A stretch of 12,797 bases of DNA from Candidatus Thorarchaeota archaeon (GCA_003345555.1 PRDJ01000082.1:1-12797); one strand, 5' to 3'. Counted from the first letter of the stretch, positions 1 through 7,145 are shown. Notes: generated by a model not told the origin, from the letters alone. A program made the numbers and translations.

Positions 1-606
1 GATTCCAAAGGTCGCGGGGCAGCCCACACGGGCGAGAAATGCATGGAGTCGGCCGCGCATGTCGTGGGCAAGGGTTACACATGCCAAGGAAATATCCTTG
101 CAAGTGCGTCTGTCGTCACTAGCATGGCTGAAACCTACGAACGAACTGAGGGCGATTTGATAGACAAGTTGTTTGCAGGTCTGAAGTCTGGTCAAGCTCA
201 AGGCGGTGACAAGCGAGGAATGCAATCGGCTGCAGTGCTGGTGGTCCGTAAGAATGGTGGATATGGCGGAGGAAACGATAGGTATGTAGATGTCCGGGTC
301 GACGAACACCCAAGACCTATTGAGGAACTTGAAAGAATATTCAGGATATATGATATGACACTGCTAAGCAGAGAGCCTTTGAATATGCTCATTCGACTAG
401 AGGGAGCCGTGGCACAGAGGGTCCAAGAGGCGCTAGTGACTCTGGGCTATCTGAAGGCAGCAGAAAGAGCATGTTTTCCGCCAGAGGCTGCAGCCGCGCT
501 CGAGAAGTTCATGAACGTCAGCAATTTCGAAAACAAGGCCCGTTCAGATGGGACAATCTGGCAGAGCGTCTTGGATTACCTCATGAAGGAAGCGAGGGTT
601 GGCTAA
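1..606 (+). CDS. DUF1028 (Ntn-hydrolase-like) protein with C-terminal PG_binding_2-like domain; 5'-truncated by the window edge
   Basis: Frame 1 is open from base 1 (DSKGRGAAHTGEKCM...), so the ATG at 43 is internal. DUF1028-type motifs: AAHTG, GHxxGxGYxCQGNIL-like, GGDKRGxQSAAVLVV, DRYVDVRVDEHPRPIEELERI. The C-terminal VQEALVTLGYL...ALEKFMNVSNFE...VLDYL resembles the putative peptidoglycan-binding domain often fused to DUF1028. Confidence 0.88.
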   Translation, partial: DSKGRGAAHTGEKCMESAAHVVGKGYTCQGNILASASVVTSMAETYERTEGDLIDKLFAGLKSGQAQGGDKRGMQSAAVLVVRKNGGYGGGNDRYVDVRVDEHPRPIEELERIFRIYDMTLLSREPLNMLIRLEGAVAQRVQEALVTLGYLKAAERACFPPEAAAALEKFMNVSNFENKARSDGTIWQSVLDYLMKEARVG

Positions 607-653
607 TCTTGGATTCGTCTCGATACTTTGCACCGGCTTCGAAGGCCTGGTCT

Positions 654-1142
654 CTATACACGATCTCGTGCCTTCCAAAGGATGTCCCGATATCGCTCAA
701 CCAGTATGTCCGGCCAGTTTCCTATTGATCTTAACATCAAATCTGCAGTTAGTGTGACCCCTTTATCGAGTTCCAGTTCTCGAAGCCACGGGCAGCCGAA
801 CAATGGAGTCACATCCAGTCGCTTGATTTGGTTCTCCCTCAACGTAATCTCACGTATGTCATGACACTCCGCTATTGGCACTAGATCGATTTCCTGCAAT
901 CGGTTATGGTTGAGCCTCAGTTCCTTCAAGCGACCGCATTTCGCCAACGGCGTCAAGTCAACTCCTGAGAGAGAGTTGTATCCTAGACTAAGGTACTCTA
1001 AGTCTATGCACCATATCAGGGGCAAGAGGTCAACCGATGTCATGTCGCGAAGGTCTAGGTTGATATGTGACTCTGTCGCCTTGAAAATCTCGTATTTCTC
1101 CAAACCGGTACTTGTGACGTATCTGATAAAGACCTCAACCAT
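654..1142 (-). CDS. Short leucine-rich repeat protein (162 aa)
   Basis: LxxLxLxxNxLxx(V/I/L)DLxPLxxCxx repeats at exact 24-aa spacing (VDL at aa 37 and 61, IDL at 85, LDV at 109). A GAGG SD-like motif lies upstream on the minus strand. Confidence 0.9.
   Translation of the reverse strand: MVEVFIRYVTSTGLEKYEIFKATESHINLDLRDMTSVDLLPLIWCIDLEYLSLGYNSLSGVDLTPLAKCGRLKELRLNHNRLQEIDLVPIAECHDIREITLRENQIKRLDVTPLFGCPWLRELELDKGVTLTADLMLRSIGNWPDILVERYRDILWKARDRV
765..1034 (-). repeat. 3 full plus 1 partial 24-aa LRR units (72-nt period)
   Basis: VDLLPLIWCIDLEYLSLGYNSLSG / VDLTPLAKCGRLKELRLNHNRLQE / IDLVPIAECHDIREITLRENQIKR / LDVTPLFGCPWLRELEL. Confidence 0.9.
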
Positions 1143-1410
1143 GGCAAGCCCCTCATCCTGAATGCATAGTTCGAATGACTACCATAGGCACAGGATTCTC
1201 CCATTTCGCTCGGCGAATTACACACTTAAAGACTGGGCGGATGTCTCTGCTTCTGAGGGCATTCAACAAAACTGACCGACCCGGAAGCTATTACAGAAGC
1301 AATAGCCAGCCGCGGTATATAGTCTAGTCCTCCCTAGAACTCGCGCGCTTACCGGCACATCCCGACCAGAACGCACTGCATTGTTCTCTCATGAATTCAC
1401 GCAACCCAAC

Positions 1411-1416
1411 TTTTAA
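1411..1416 (+). promoter_or_regulatory. Archaeal TATA-box candidate for the OFOR operon
   Basis: TTTTAA lies about 21-26 nt upstream of the TTG at 1437 and about 45 nt upstream of the ATG at 1458. Confidence 0.55.
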
Positions 1417-1457
1417 GAACGAGCTACTGAATTAGCTTGGCTTCAGAGGACAAGGGA

Positions 1458-3179
1458 ATGAAGCGTGAGGCATCCATTGTTCTGGCTGCTCCTGCCGGAT
1501 ATGGTGTGCAGACAGTTGAAGAGGCACTCACTACTCTCCTGATGGCTTCAGGGCTCAATGTTTTCGCAACAAGGGAGCTCATGTCGCGCATCAGAGGCGG
1601 CATGAATTCCACTGAGATAAGAGTGAGTTCTGACCGCGTGGCTGCGTACATGAGACACACGGACATCGCAGTGCCTCTGAGCAAAGGAGCTCTACAGCAT
1701 CTCATGACATACTCCCACGTCGACAAGGAAACACTCGTAATGGGAGAAAAAGAGAATCTCGTGGGCTTGTCCAGTCTGTCGGAGAACCAATTCTACGATC
1801 TCCCAATATCCCGAATTGCTGCAGAGATCGGCGGGTCGATATACTCGAATAGCGTTGCTGTGGGCGCCATCATGGCATTGTTCGATATTGATGAGAATCT
1901 AGCCATTGGCTATTTCCAGAAGCGCTTTGGTTCAAAGGGTGACAAGGTGGTTCAGCAGAACATTGATGCCTACAGACGAGGAAGCGAGTTCGGCCAGAAG
2001 CTTGTCTCTTCAGGAAGAATTCAGATTGACATCAAGCGAGATCCGCGCATCAGTGGCCATATGCTGTTGGATGGTGCTGAGGCAGTAGGGCTTGGTGCCA
2101 TAGCGGGCGGATGCAACTTCATATCGTCATATCCGATGTCCCCATCGACTCCTGTGCTGATTTTTCTGTCGCAGCACTCTCAGGAATTCGGAATCATTGT
2201 TGACCAGGCAGAGGACGAGATTTCTGCAATGAACAAGGGTATCGGAGCTTGGTATGCCGGGGCCAGAGGAATGGTGACAACGTCTGGAGGCGGGTTTGCT
2301 TTGATGACGGAGGGTCTCAGCTTGGCTGGAATGCTCGAGAGCCCAATGGTGATTCACCTAGGTCAGCGCCCTGGACCCGCAACGGGATTGCCCACGAGGA
2401 CTGAACAGGGTGACCTGAAACATGTCCTAAATGCTGGCCATGGAGAGTTTCCCCGGGTGCTGTTTGCGCCAAGCACAATTCAAGACGCTTTCTATCTCAC
2501 ACAGAGAGCTTTCAATCTGGCTGACAAGTATCAAGTGCCTGTTTTCGTTCTTACCGACCAGTTTCTTCTTGAGTCTTCATATGACATTCCTCCTTTGAAT
2601 CTCTCCGGGGTTGAAGTTGAAAAACAGGTTATCAGAACCGATTCTGCTTACAGAAGGTACGCGCTGACTGAGAGCGGTATTTCTCCGAGAGGAATACCAA
2701 GCTACGGGGATGGGCTCGTCGTTGTGGACAGCGATGAGCACGACGAGGACGGTCATATCACAGAAGACCTGCTTCTCCGGAAGAAGATGGTTGACAAGCG
2801 ATTCTACAGAAAGCTTGAACGAATCAGGAAGGAGGCGATTCCTCCTGAGCTTCTGGGGAGCAGGAGTTGCCGGTTCCTTGTCATTTCTTGGGGGTCGAAC
2901 TATCATGTGATGAAAGAGGCATTGACCAAGTCCGAACGCCGTGACATTGCGGTTTTGCATTTCAACCAAGTGTATCCCCTGCATGAGAGTGTGACGTCAT
3001 ATCTAGGAAAAGCGAAGAAGCTGGCTATAGTTGAGAACAATGCTGGCTGCCAGTTTGGCAGACTGTTACAAGTCGAGACGAATATCAGTATCCCGGCCGA
3101 GAACTGTCTGCTGAAGTATGATGGAATGCCCTTCTCCGTGGAGGAGGTCGTTGAGTTCCTCCACAATCTGAATGCCTGA
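1458..3179 (+). CDS. korA: 2-oxoacid:ferredoxin oxidoreductase alpha subunit (fused gamma-alpha, KorA/OforA type)
   Basis: N-terminal gamma domain (AGxGVQT, SRIRGG), YPMSPST (YPITP-like), [54 protein letters not shown] 1458 has GAGG at 1446-1449; the TTG at 1437 is an alternative, leaderless start. Substrate specificity cannot be read from sequence. Confidence 0.95.
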   Translation: MKREASIVLAAPAGYGVQTVEEALTTLLMASGLNVFATRELMSRIRGGMNSTEIRVSSDRVAAYMRHTDIAVPLSKGALQHLMTYSHVDKETLVMGEKENLVGLSSLSENQFYDLPISRIAAEIGGSIYSNSVAVGAIMALFDIDENLAIGYFQKRFGSKGDKVVQQNIDAYRRGSEFGQKLVSSGRIQIDIKRDPRISGHMLLDGAEAVGLGAIAGGCNFISSYPMSPSTPVLIFLSQHSQEFGIIVDQAEDEISAMNKGIGAWYAGARGMVTTSGGGFALMTEGLSLAGMLESPMVIHLGQRPGPATGLPTRTEQGDLKHVLNAGHGEFPRVLFAPSTIQDAFYLTQRAFNLADKYQVPVFVLTDQFLLESSYDIPPLNLSGVEVEKQVIRTDSAYRRYALTESGISPRGIPSYGDGLVVVDSDEHDEDGHITEDLLLRKKMVDKRFYRKLERIRKEAIPPELLGSRSCRFLVISWGSNYHVMKEALTKSERRDIAVLHFNQVYPLHESVTSYLGKAKKLAIVENNAGCQFGRLLQVETNISIPAENCLLKYDGMPFSVEEVVEFLHNLNA

Positions 3180-3184
3180 GGTGA
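3178..3184 (+). promoter_or_regulatory. Shine-Dalgarno GAGGTGA overlapping the korA stop codon
   Basis: GAGGTGA lies 5 nt upstream of ATG 3190, consistent with translational coupling. Confidence 0.75.
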
Positions 3185-3189
3185 TCAAG

Positions 3190-4074
3190 ATGGACGTAAG
3201 CGACTACGAAATCATGAACACGGTCAGTTACGATATCGCGTGGTGCCCCGGCTGCGGGAATTATGGAATCCTGAATACTCTGAAACGAGCACTTTCTGAA
3301 CTTAGTATCCGGCCGCAGGATTTGGTCATTGTCTCAGGAATAGGTCAGGCAGCAAAAATACCCCATTATCTGAGGACGAACGCGTTTAACGGTCTTCATG
3401 GACGAGCGCTGCCTGCGGCTGTCGCTATTAAGGCTGTCAACCCAAGCCTCACTGTTATTGCCGAAAGTGGTGATGGATGCATGTACGGAGAAGGCGGCAA
3501 CCATCTCACGCATACCATTCTCAGAAATCCTGACATTGCCCTCTTTGTTCACGACAACATGGTCTACGGTCTCACCAAAGGTCAAGCATCACCAACAAGC
3601 GCACGAGGGTTTGAAACGCCATTACAAACCGCTGATAGGGGCGGGTACAGTAACGAGCCCTTCAATCCGCTCGCACTAGCAATAGCCATGGATGCATCCT
3701 TTGTTGCTAGGGCATTCATTGGAGACTCCGAACAGACGAAGGAACTGATGAAGGCGGCGATCGAGCACAAAGGGTTTGCTCTACTCGACATCTTCCAACC
3801 CTGTGTGACATACAATCGCATCAATACCTATGAATGGTTCAAGAAACACACTTACTACATCGACGATTCGCATGACTCAAGAGACCGGATTGCCGCTTTT
3901 CGCTTGGCTCTGGAAACTGAGAAGCTGCCACTCGGTGTGTTCTACATCAACCCCAACAAACCAACATTCGAGGAGGGTACGGGGGTCTACCGGGCGAATA
4001 AGGACCCGGTCTGCATGAGATCACTGGACAAGGAGCGGCTGGCTCGGCTGATTGAGTCGAAGACTGGGGCTTAA
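3190..4074 (+). CDS. korB: 2-oxoacid:ferredoxin oxidoreductase beta subunit (TPP and [4Fe-4S] binding)
   Basis: [27 protein letters not shown] motif GDG(x)n-[24 protein letters not shown]. Start moved from 3172 to ATG 3190 because of the SD. Confidence 0.95.
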   Translation: MDVSDYEIMNTVSYDIAWCPGCGNYGILNTLKRALSELSIRPQDLVIVSGIGQAAKIPHYLRTNAFNGLHGRALPAAVAIKAVNPSLTVIAESGDGCMYGEGGNHLTHTILRNPDIALFVHDNMVYGLTKGQASPTSARGFETPLQTADRGGYSNEPFNPLALAIAMDASFVARAFIGDSEQTKELMKAAIEHKGFALLDIFQPCVTYNRINTYEWFKKHTYYIDDSHDSRDRIAAFRLALETEKLPLGVFYINPNKPTFEEGTGVYRANKDPVCMRSLDKERLARLIESKTGA

Positions 4075-4095
4075 TGTCTCCTGCGATGACTTCTA

Positions 4096-4662
4096 CTACC
4101 TGACTGAATAGCGTTTCTCTTTCCACGGGTCTGCTTCGTTATGATATCCTCTGACTTCCCAGTATCCCGGCTCGTCTGCTTTGACAAACTTCAGCTCAAC
4201 CAACCACTTGACCGACTTGTAGGCGTAGATCGAACTGACCACAGACCGAAGTGGGCCACCATGCTTCGGCTCAAGGTCCTTGCCTCCCCACTTGTAGGCT
4301 AGGATTGTGCCATCGTCTAGGAATGAGTCGACACTGGTGTTGCTTGTGTAGCCAGAGTCTGCGATCATAACTACGTACTTTGCACTTGGTTTGACTTTGG
4401 CTGTTTCGCAAATAGTCCTACCAAGTACGCCTTCCCATTCATTATCGAGTCGACTCCAACCTGTTACACAATGGAAATCTGCAACTATCTTGTGGGAGGG
4501 CATAGCGAGGAACTGCTCCCAGGTGAGCTCAAGCGGCTTGTCCACTTCTCCCGTAACGCGAAAGCGCCATTTTTGCCGGTCGAACTTCATAGGTCGTTCA
4601 ACGTTGAGTACGGGGAACCCATCGGTGACATGTTGCCCGGGAGGAACTCTCTCTTTCTTCAT
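4096..4662 (-). CDS. Sulfite-oxidase-like molybdopterin-binding oxidoreductase (YuiH/MsrP-like, cytoplasmic, 188 aa)
   Basis: PPGQ N-terminus, DFHCVTGWS with the Mo-ligating Cys, WEGV, HGGPLR, YAYKSVKWL, GYWEVRGYH...DPWKEKRY. No signal peptide is visible. Confidence 0.92.
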   Translation of the reverse strand: MKKERVPPGQHVTDGFPVLNVERPMKFDRQKWRFRVTGEVDKPLELTWEQFLAMPSHKIVADFHCVTGWSRLDNEWEGVLGRTICETAKVKPSAKYVVMIADSGYTSNTSVDSFLDDGTILAYKWGGKDLEPKHGGPLRSVVSSIYAYKSVKWLVELKFVKADEPGYWEVRGYHNEADPWKEKRYSVR

Positions 4663-4822
4663 TGCAGCCGTGCGATGACCGACTCAGGCGGATTTCAACC
4701 TGTTGCCTTCGCGCATCGTGGAGAAGAAGGTCAGAGTCTACTGAGCGAAAGATATGAGACTGCTGTCCGGGATTCGCCGCGTATAATGGTGCTCTGAGGC
4801 TTCGGCAATCAACACACGCATC

Positions 4823-4837
4823 AAAAGAATGATATTA
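4823..4837 (+). promoter_or_regulatory. BRE/TATA-like promoter for the zinc-finger gene (likely leaderless)
   Basis: AAAAGAATGATATTA ends about 22 nt before ATG 4859. Confidence 0.5.
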
Positions 4838-4858
4838 GCGCCTCCATCAGTCTCAGAT

Positions 4859-5020
4859 ATGACAAAGAAGGTCAATGATCTGTATCTCTGCGAGGAATGT
4901 GGTCTTGGCTATCGGGAGCGGGCATGGGCTGAAAAGTGTGAGATGTGGTGTAAGACCCACAAGTCTTGTAGTCTTGAGATTATGAGTCATGCTGCCAAGG
5001 CTCCTAACCTAAAGCTGTAG
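4859..5020 (+). CDS. Small Cys-rich zinc-finger protein (53 aa)
   Basis: YLCEECGLGY...KCEMWCKTHKSC. The upstream ATG at 4829 overlaps the promoter-like element, so ATG 4859 is preferred. Confidence 0.8.
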   Translation: MTKKVNDLYLCEECGLGYRERAWAEKCEMWCKTHKSCSLEIMSHAAKAPNLKL

Positions 5021-5131
5021 GTTTCTTGCGTTTCCTCGCACAAATTCCGTAAACACATAGTCCTGGCGCGCCTTTGTCAGTCATTCATCATAATCGGATG
5101 GGCTAAAAGGTAGGGCGCAGACTGTCCGGTT

Positions 5132-5476
5132 GTGCCCATTGACCGGAACTTCCGCAGCAAGCTGAGGGTCAGCGGCAACCATGGCGGTCATTCGGTCTGG
5201 ACCTCAAAGAGTCACAAGCCATGTACGATCCATGGCACAACAGTCGGTGTTCACATGGAGTCCTGCATTGGATGCATGAAATGCGTGAATGCCTGTCCGA
5301 CAGCTGTCCTTGTCCCGTGGACGGACAGTTTTGGGAAACAGTTGGTAGACCCCGCCAACGAGATGGAATGCATGGCCTGTCTGCTATGCGAGGTTGTGTG
5401 TCCCGTGGATGCCATAAGTGTCCAAAGGAGTCCTGGCTCCGAAGAAACCTTGGACTCTTTATTACACGATGTGTAG
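5132..5476 (+). CDS. zfx: Zinc-containing-type dicluster ferredoxin (114 aa)
   Basis: Two CxxCxxCxxxCP motifs. The N-terminal extension IDRNFR...HGGH...IHGTTVGV and DPANE align with Sulfolobus/Thermoplasma Zn-ferredoxins as I recall them (IDPNYR...HSGH...IHGTIVGV...DPVNE). GTG start. Confidence 0.9.
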   Translation: MPIDRNFRSKLRVSGNHGGHSVWTSKSHKPCTIHGTTVGVHMESCIGCMKCVNACPTAVLVPWTDSFGKQLVDPANEMECMACLLCEVVCPVDAISVQRSPGSEETLDSLLHDV

Positions 5477-5501
5477 TCATGATACATTGGAGATAGATGG
5501 A

Positions 5502-6770
5502 ATGTTCGAGGTTCTTCTGACTGAAAGCGAGAAGAGAATAAGGGATGAAGTCCGTACGTTTGTGAGAGACAGGGTCGATCCCTCTCTCATCCTCAAGATG
5601 GACTCCCGTGAACAGGAATACCCGTATGAATTCGTCAAGGCCGTCGGGCAAGCCAACCTCTTCGGATTGCGTTTTCCGAAGAAATATGGCGGCCGCGGTC
5701 TCGGCTGGGTCTCAGAGATGTTGGCCATAGAAGAGATTGGGGTTCTAGGTATTGCACTTGGGTGTGCCTACTCTCTGCCAAGTATAATTGGAGAGGGGAT
5801 AAACAGATTTGGAACTGACGAACAGAAACGGAAGTACCTTCTGCCGACACTACGTGGCGAGAAGATATGCGGAGAAGGGCTAACAGAACCTCGTGGTGGT
5901 TCAGATTTCTTTGGTACCAATACGACAGCTGTCAAGCGAGGGGACCATTTCGTGCTTAACGGGGAGAAACGTTTCGTCGCCGGAGGAGTTGGCGCTGACT
6001 ATTTCCTAGTTTATGCCAAGACCGACTTCCTCAAGGCGCTCCCGCACAAGTCCCTCAGTGCTTTCTTGGTGAATAGAGATTCTGGCGTGAAAGTTGAAGA
6101 ACAGTACGAGCTAATGGGATGCCGGGGGATGGGAGCTGCGCGGATTGTCCTGAACAACATCGAGGTGGATGAATCTGACTTAGTGGGTGGTCTGAATGGC
6201 GGAAATGACGTGTTCAATGCGATGATGGTCCCCGAGCGGTTAACTTCCGCCGCCGGTGCAATAGGCATGGGCAGGGCTGCGCTTGAAACCGCGGTCAGAT
6301 ACTCAGACAAGAGGGAAGCATTTGGTCAACAGATCCGGCGATTTGAGGGAATAAGCTTCAAGATTGCAGACTGTGCTACACAGCTCGATGCGGCAAGGGG
6401 CTTGGTCTATCATGCTGCCAAGAAAGCAGACACAGGCGCATGGTGCCGCAAGGAAGTCTCTCAGGCGAAGTTCTTCGCGACCGAGGCCGGCTTCCAGGCA
6501 ATTCATGAATCCATGCAAATCCTCGGAGGCATTGGTTACACAAACGTGTACCCATTGGAAAGGCTATTCCGCGATGCTAGGCTAGGAATCACATGGACCG
6601 GGAGCAATGAGGTACAACGTCTGATAGTACAGAATGAGGTTTACAAGGAAATCCTGTCCGAAGGCCGCGGCACCAAGCGGGACATAGAACTGGACACACC
6701 GGGCGCCCAGAAGACAGCCGAAAAGGTGTTCACTGAGGCGGCTGACAAGTACTTTCCAAAGGAAGGATAG
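5502..6770 (+). CDS. Acyl-CoA dehydrogenase (IVD/LCAD-type catalytic Glu, 422 aa)
   Basis: GEGLTEPRGGSD, LNGEKRFV, GCRG, ERL, REAFGQQI, AKFFATE, QILGGIGY, ERLFRDAR. ATG 5502 has GGAG at 5489-5492. The longer ORF from 5418 overlaps the ferredoxin gene. Confidence 0.95.
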   Translation: MFEVLLTESEKRIRDEVRTFVRDRVDPSLILKMDSREQEYPYEFVKAVGQANLFGLRFPKKYGGRGLGWVSEMLAIEEIGVLGIALGCAYSLPSIIGEGINRFGTDEQKRKYLLPTLRGEKICGEGLTEPRGGSDFFGTNTTAVKRGDHFVLNGEKRFVAGGVGADYFLVYAKTDFLKALPHKSLSAFLVNRDSGVKVEEQYELMGCRGMGAARIVLNNIEVDESDLVGGLNGGNDVFNAMMVPERLTSAAGAIGMGRAALETAVRYSDKREAFGQQIRRFEGISFKIADCATQLDAARGLVYHAAKKADTGAWCRKEVSQAKFFATEAGFQAIHESMQILGGIGYTNVYPLERLFRDARLGITWTGSNEVQRLIVQNEVYKEILSEGRGTKRDIELDTPGAQKTAEKVFTEAADKYFPKEG

Positions 6771-6850
6771 TGGTCAGGTCGGCACCAGCCTTAGTAATTC
6801 ATGAACGCACCCACGATTTCCCAGATGCGCAAGTTCATAAGCCGAGTCGA

Positions 6851-6864
6851 TTAATTATAGTTAA
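6851..6864 (+). promoter_or_regulatory. AT-rich near-palindrome containing a TATA-box candidate upstream of the 55-aa protein
   Basis: TTAATTATAGTTAA has dyad symmetry with one mismatched pair. An SD-like GGGAG lies at 6903-6907. Confidence 0.5.
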
Positions 6865-6916
6865 GCCTTGGCAATCAACTGAGAGAGGCAAGCAACAGAA
6901 AAGGGAGATCATTAAA

Positions 6917-7084
6917 ATGAGCAAGCTCGTCTGCAAGAAGTGCGGTATGGAGATGGCAATGCCAATGCACTGCGGAAAGGAAATGCACCAAGAGGGCAAC
7001 CAGCTTGTCTGCTGGATGGGTCCCGAATGTGGGCAGCAGGCTATTCCAAAGCATCATGGCGCTCCTATGTCAATCAAGGCATAG
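6917..7084 (+). CDS. Small Cys/His/Met-rich metal-binding protein with two desulforedoxin-like modules (55 aa)
   Basis: MSKLVCKKCG...PMHCGKEM / LVCWMGPECG...PKHHGAPM. ATG 6917 has an SD; the ORF-track start at 6770 overlaps the ACAD stop and is implausible. Confidence 0.8.
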   Translation: MSKLVCKKCGMEMAMPMHCGKEMHQEGNQLVCWMGPECGQQAIPKHHGAPMSIKA

Positions 7085-7100
7085 GGGCTAACATGCATAG

Positions 7101-7145
7101 CCCGCAAAGGTGGGAAGGGGTTACCTTTTTCGCACCTAATGCGGG
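7101..7145. terminator. Long imperfect hairpin followed by a T-rich tract (possible terminator or structured RNA)
   Basis: CCCGCA/TGCGGG, AGGTG/CACCT and GAAGGGG/CTTTTTC stacked stems (some G-U pairs), followed by TTAGTCATTTTTCATT. Confidence 0.5.

Noticed and set aside
1165-1185. GTTCGAAT resembling a tRNA T-loop
   Set aside because: There is no G53-C61 closing pair, no 5-bp T-stem and no cloverleaf around it.
1394-1433. AATTCA-N28-TGAATT inverted repeat flanking the OFOR TATA box
   Set aside because: It is only 6 AT-rich bp with a long spacer, which is expected by chance without conservation data.
4782-4787. Bacterial -10-like TATAAT
   Set aside because: There is no matching -35 element and the other signals are archaeal; it is more likely chance or a minus-strand TATA.
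4391-4797. Plus-strand ORFs 4391-4678 and 4471-4797
   Set aside because: They are mostly antisense to the molybdopterin oxidoreductase and have no motifs or SD.
5040-5091. Perfect C box ATGATGA on the minus strand
   Set aside because: The only CTGA is 4 nt downstream, which is too close, and no D box lies at 45-60 nt.
5418-5501. N-terminal extension of the ACAD ORF, or a possible ferredoxin-ACAD frameshift fusion
   Set aside because: The ferredoxin is complete with its own stop, there is no slippery sequence, and ATG 5502 has an SD and matches the usual ACAD start.
5169-5651. 160-aa minus-strand ORF
   Set aside because: It overlaps two well-supported plus-strand genes (ferredoxin, ACAD) and has no recognisable features.
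6770-6916. N-terminal extension of the small metal-binding ORF given in the ORF track
   Set aside because: The GTG overlaps the ACAD stop and the extension spans promoter-like DNA; ATG 6917 has a proper SD.
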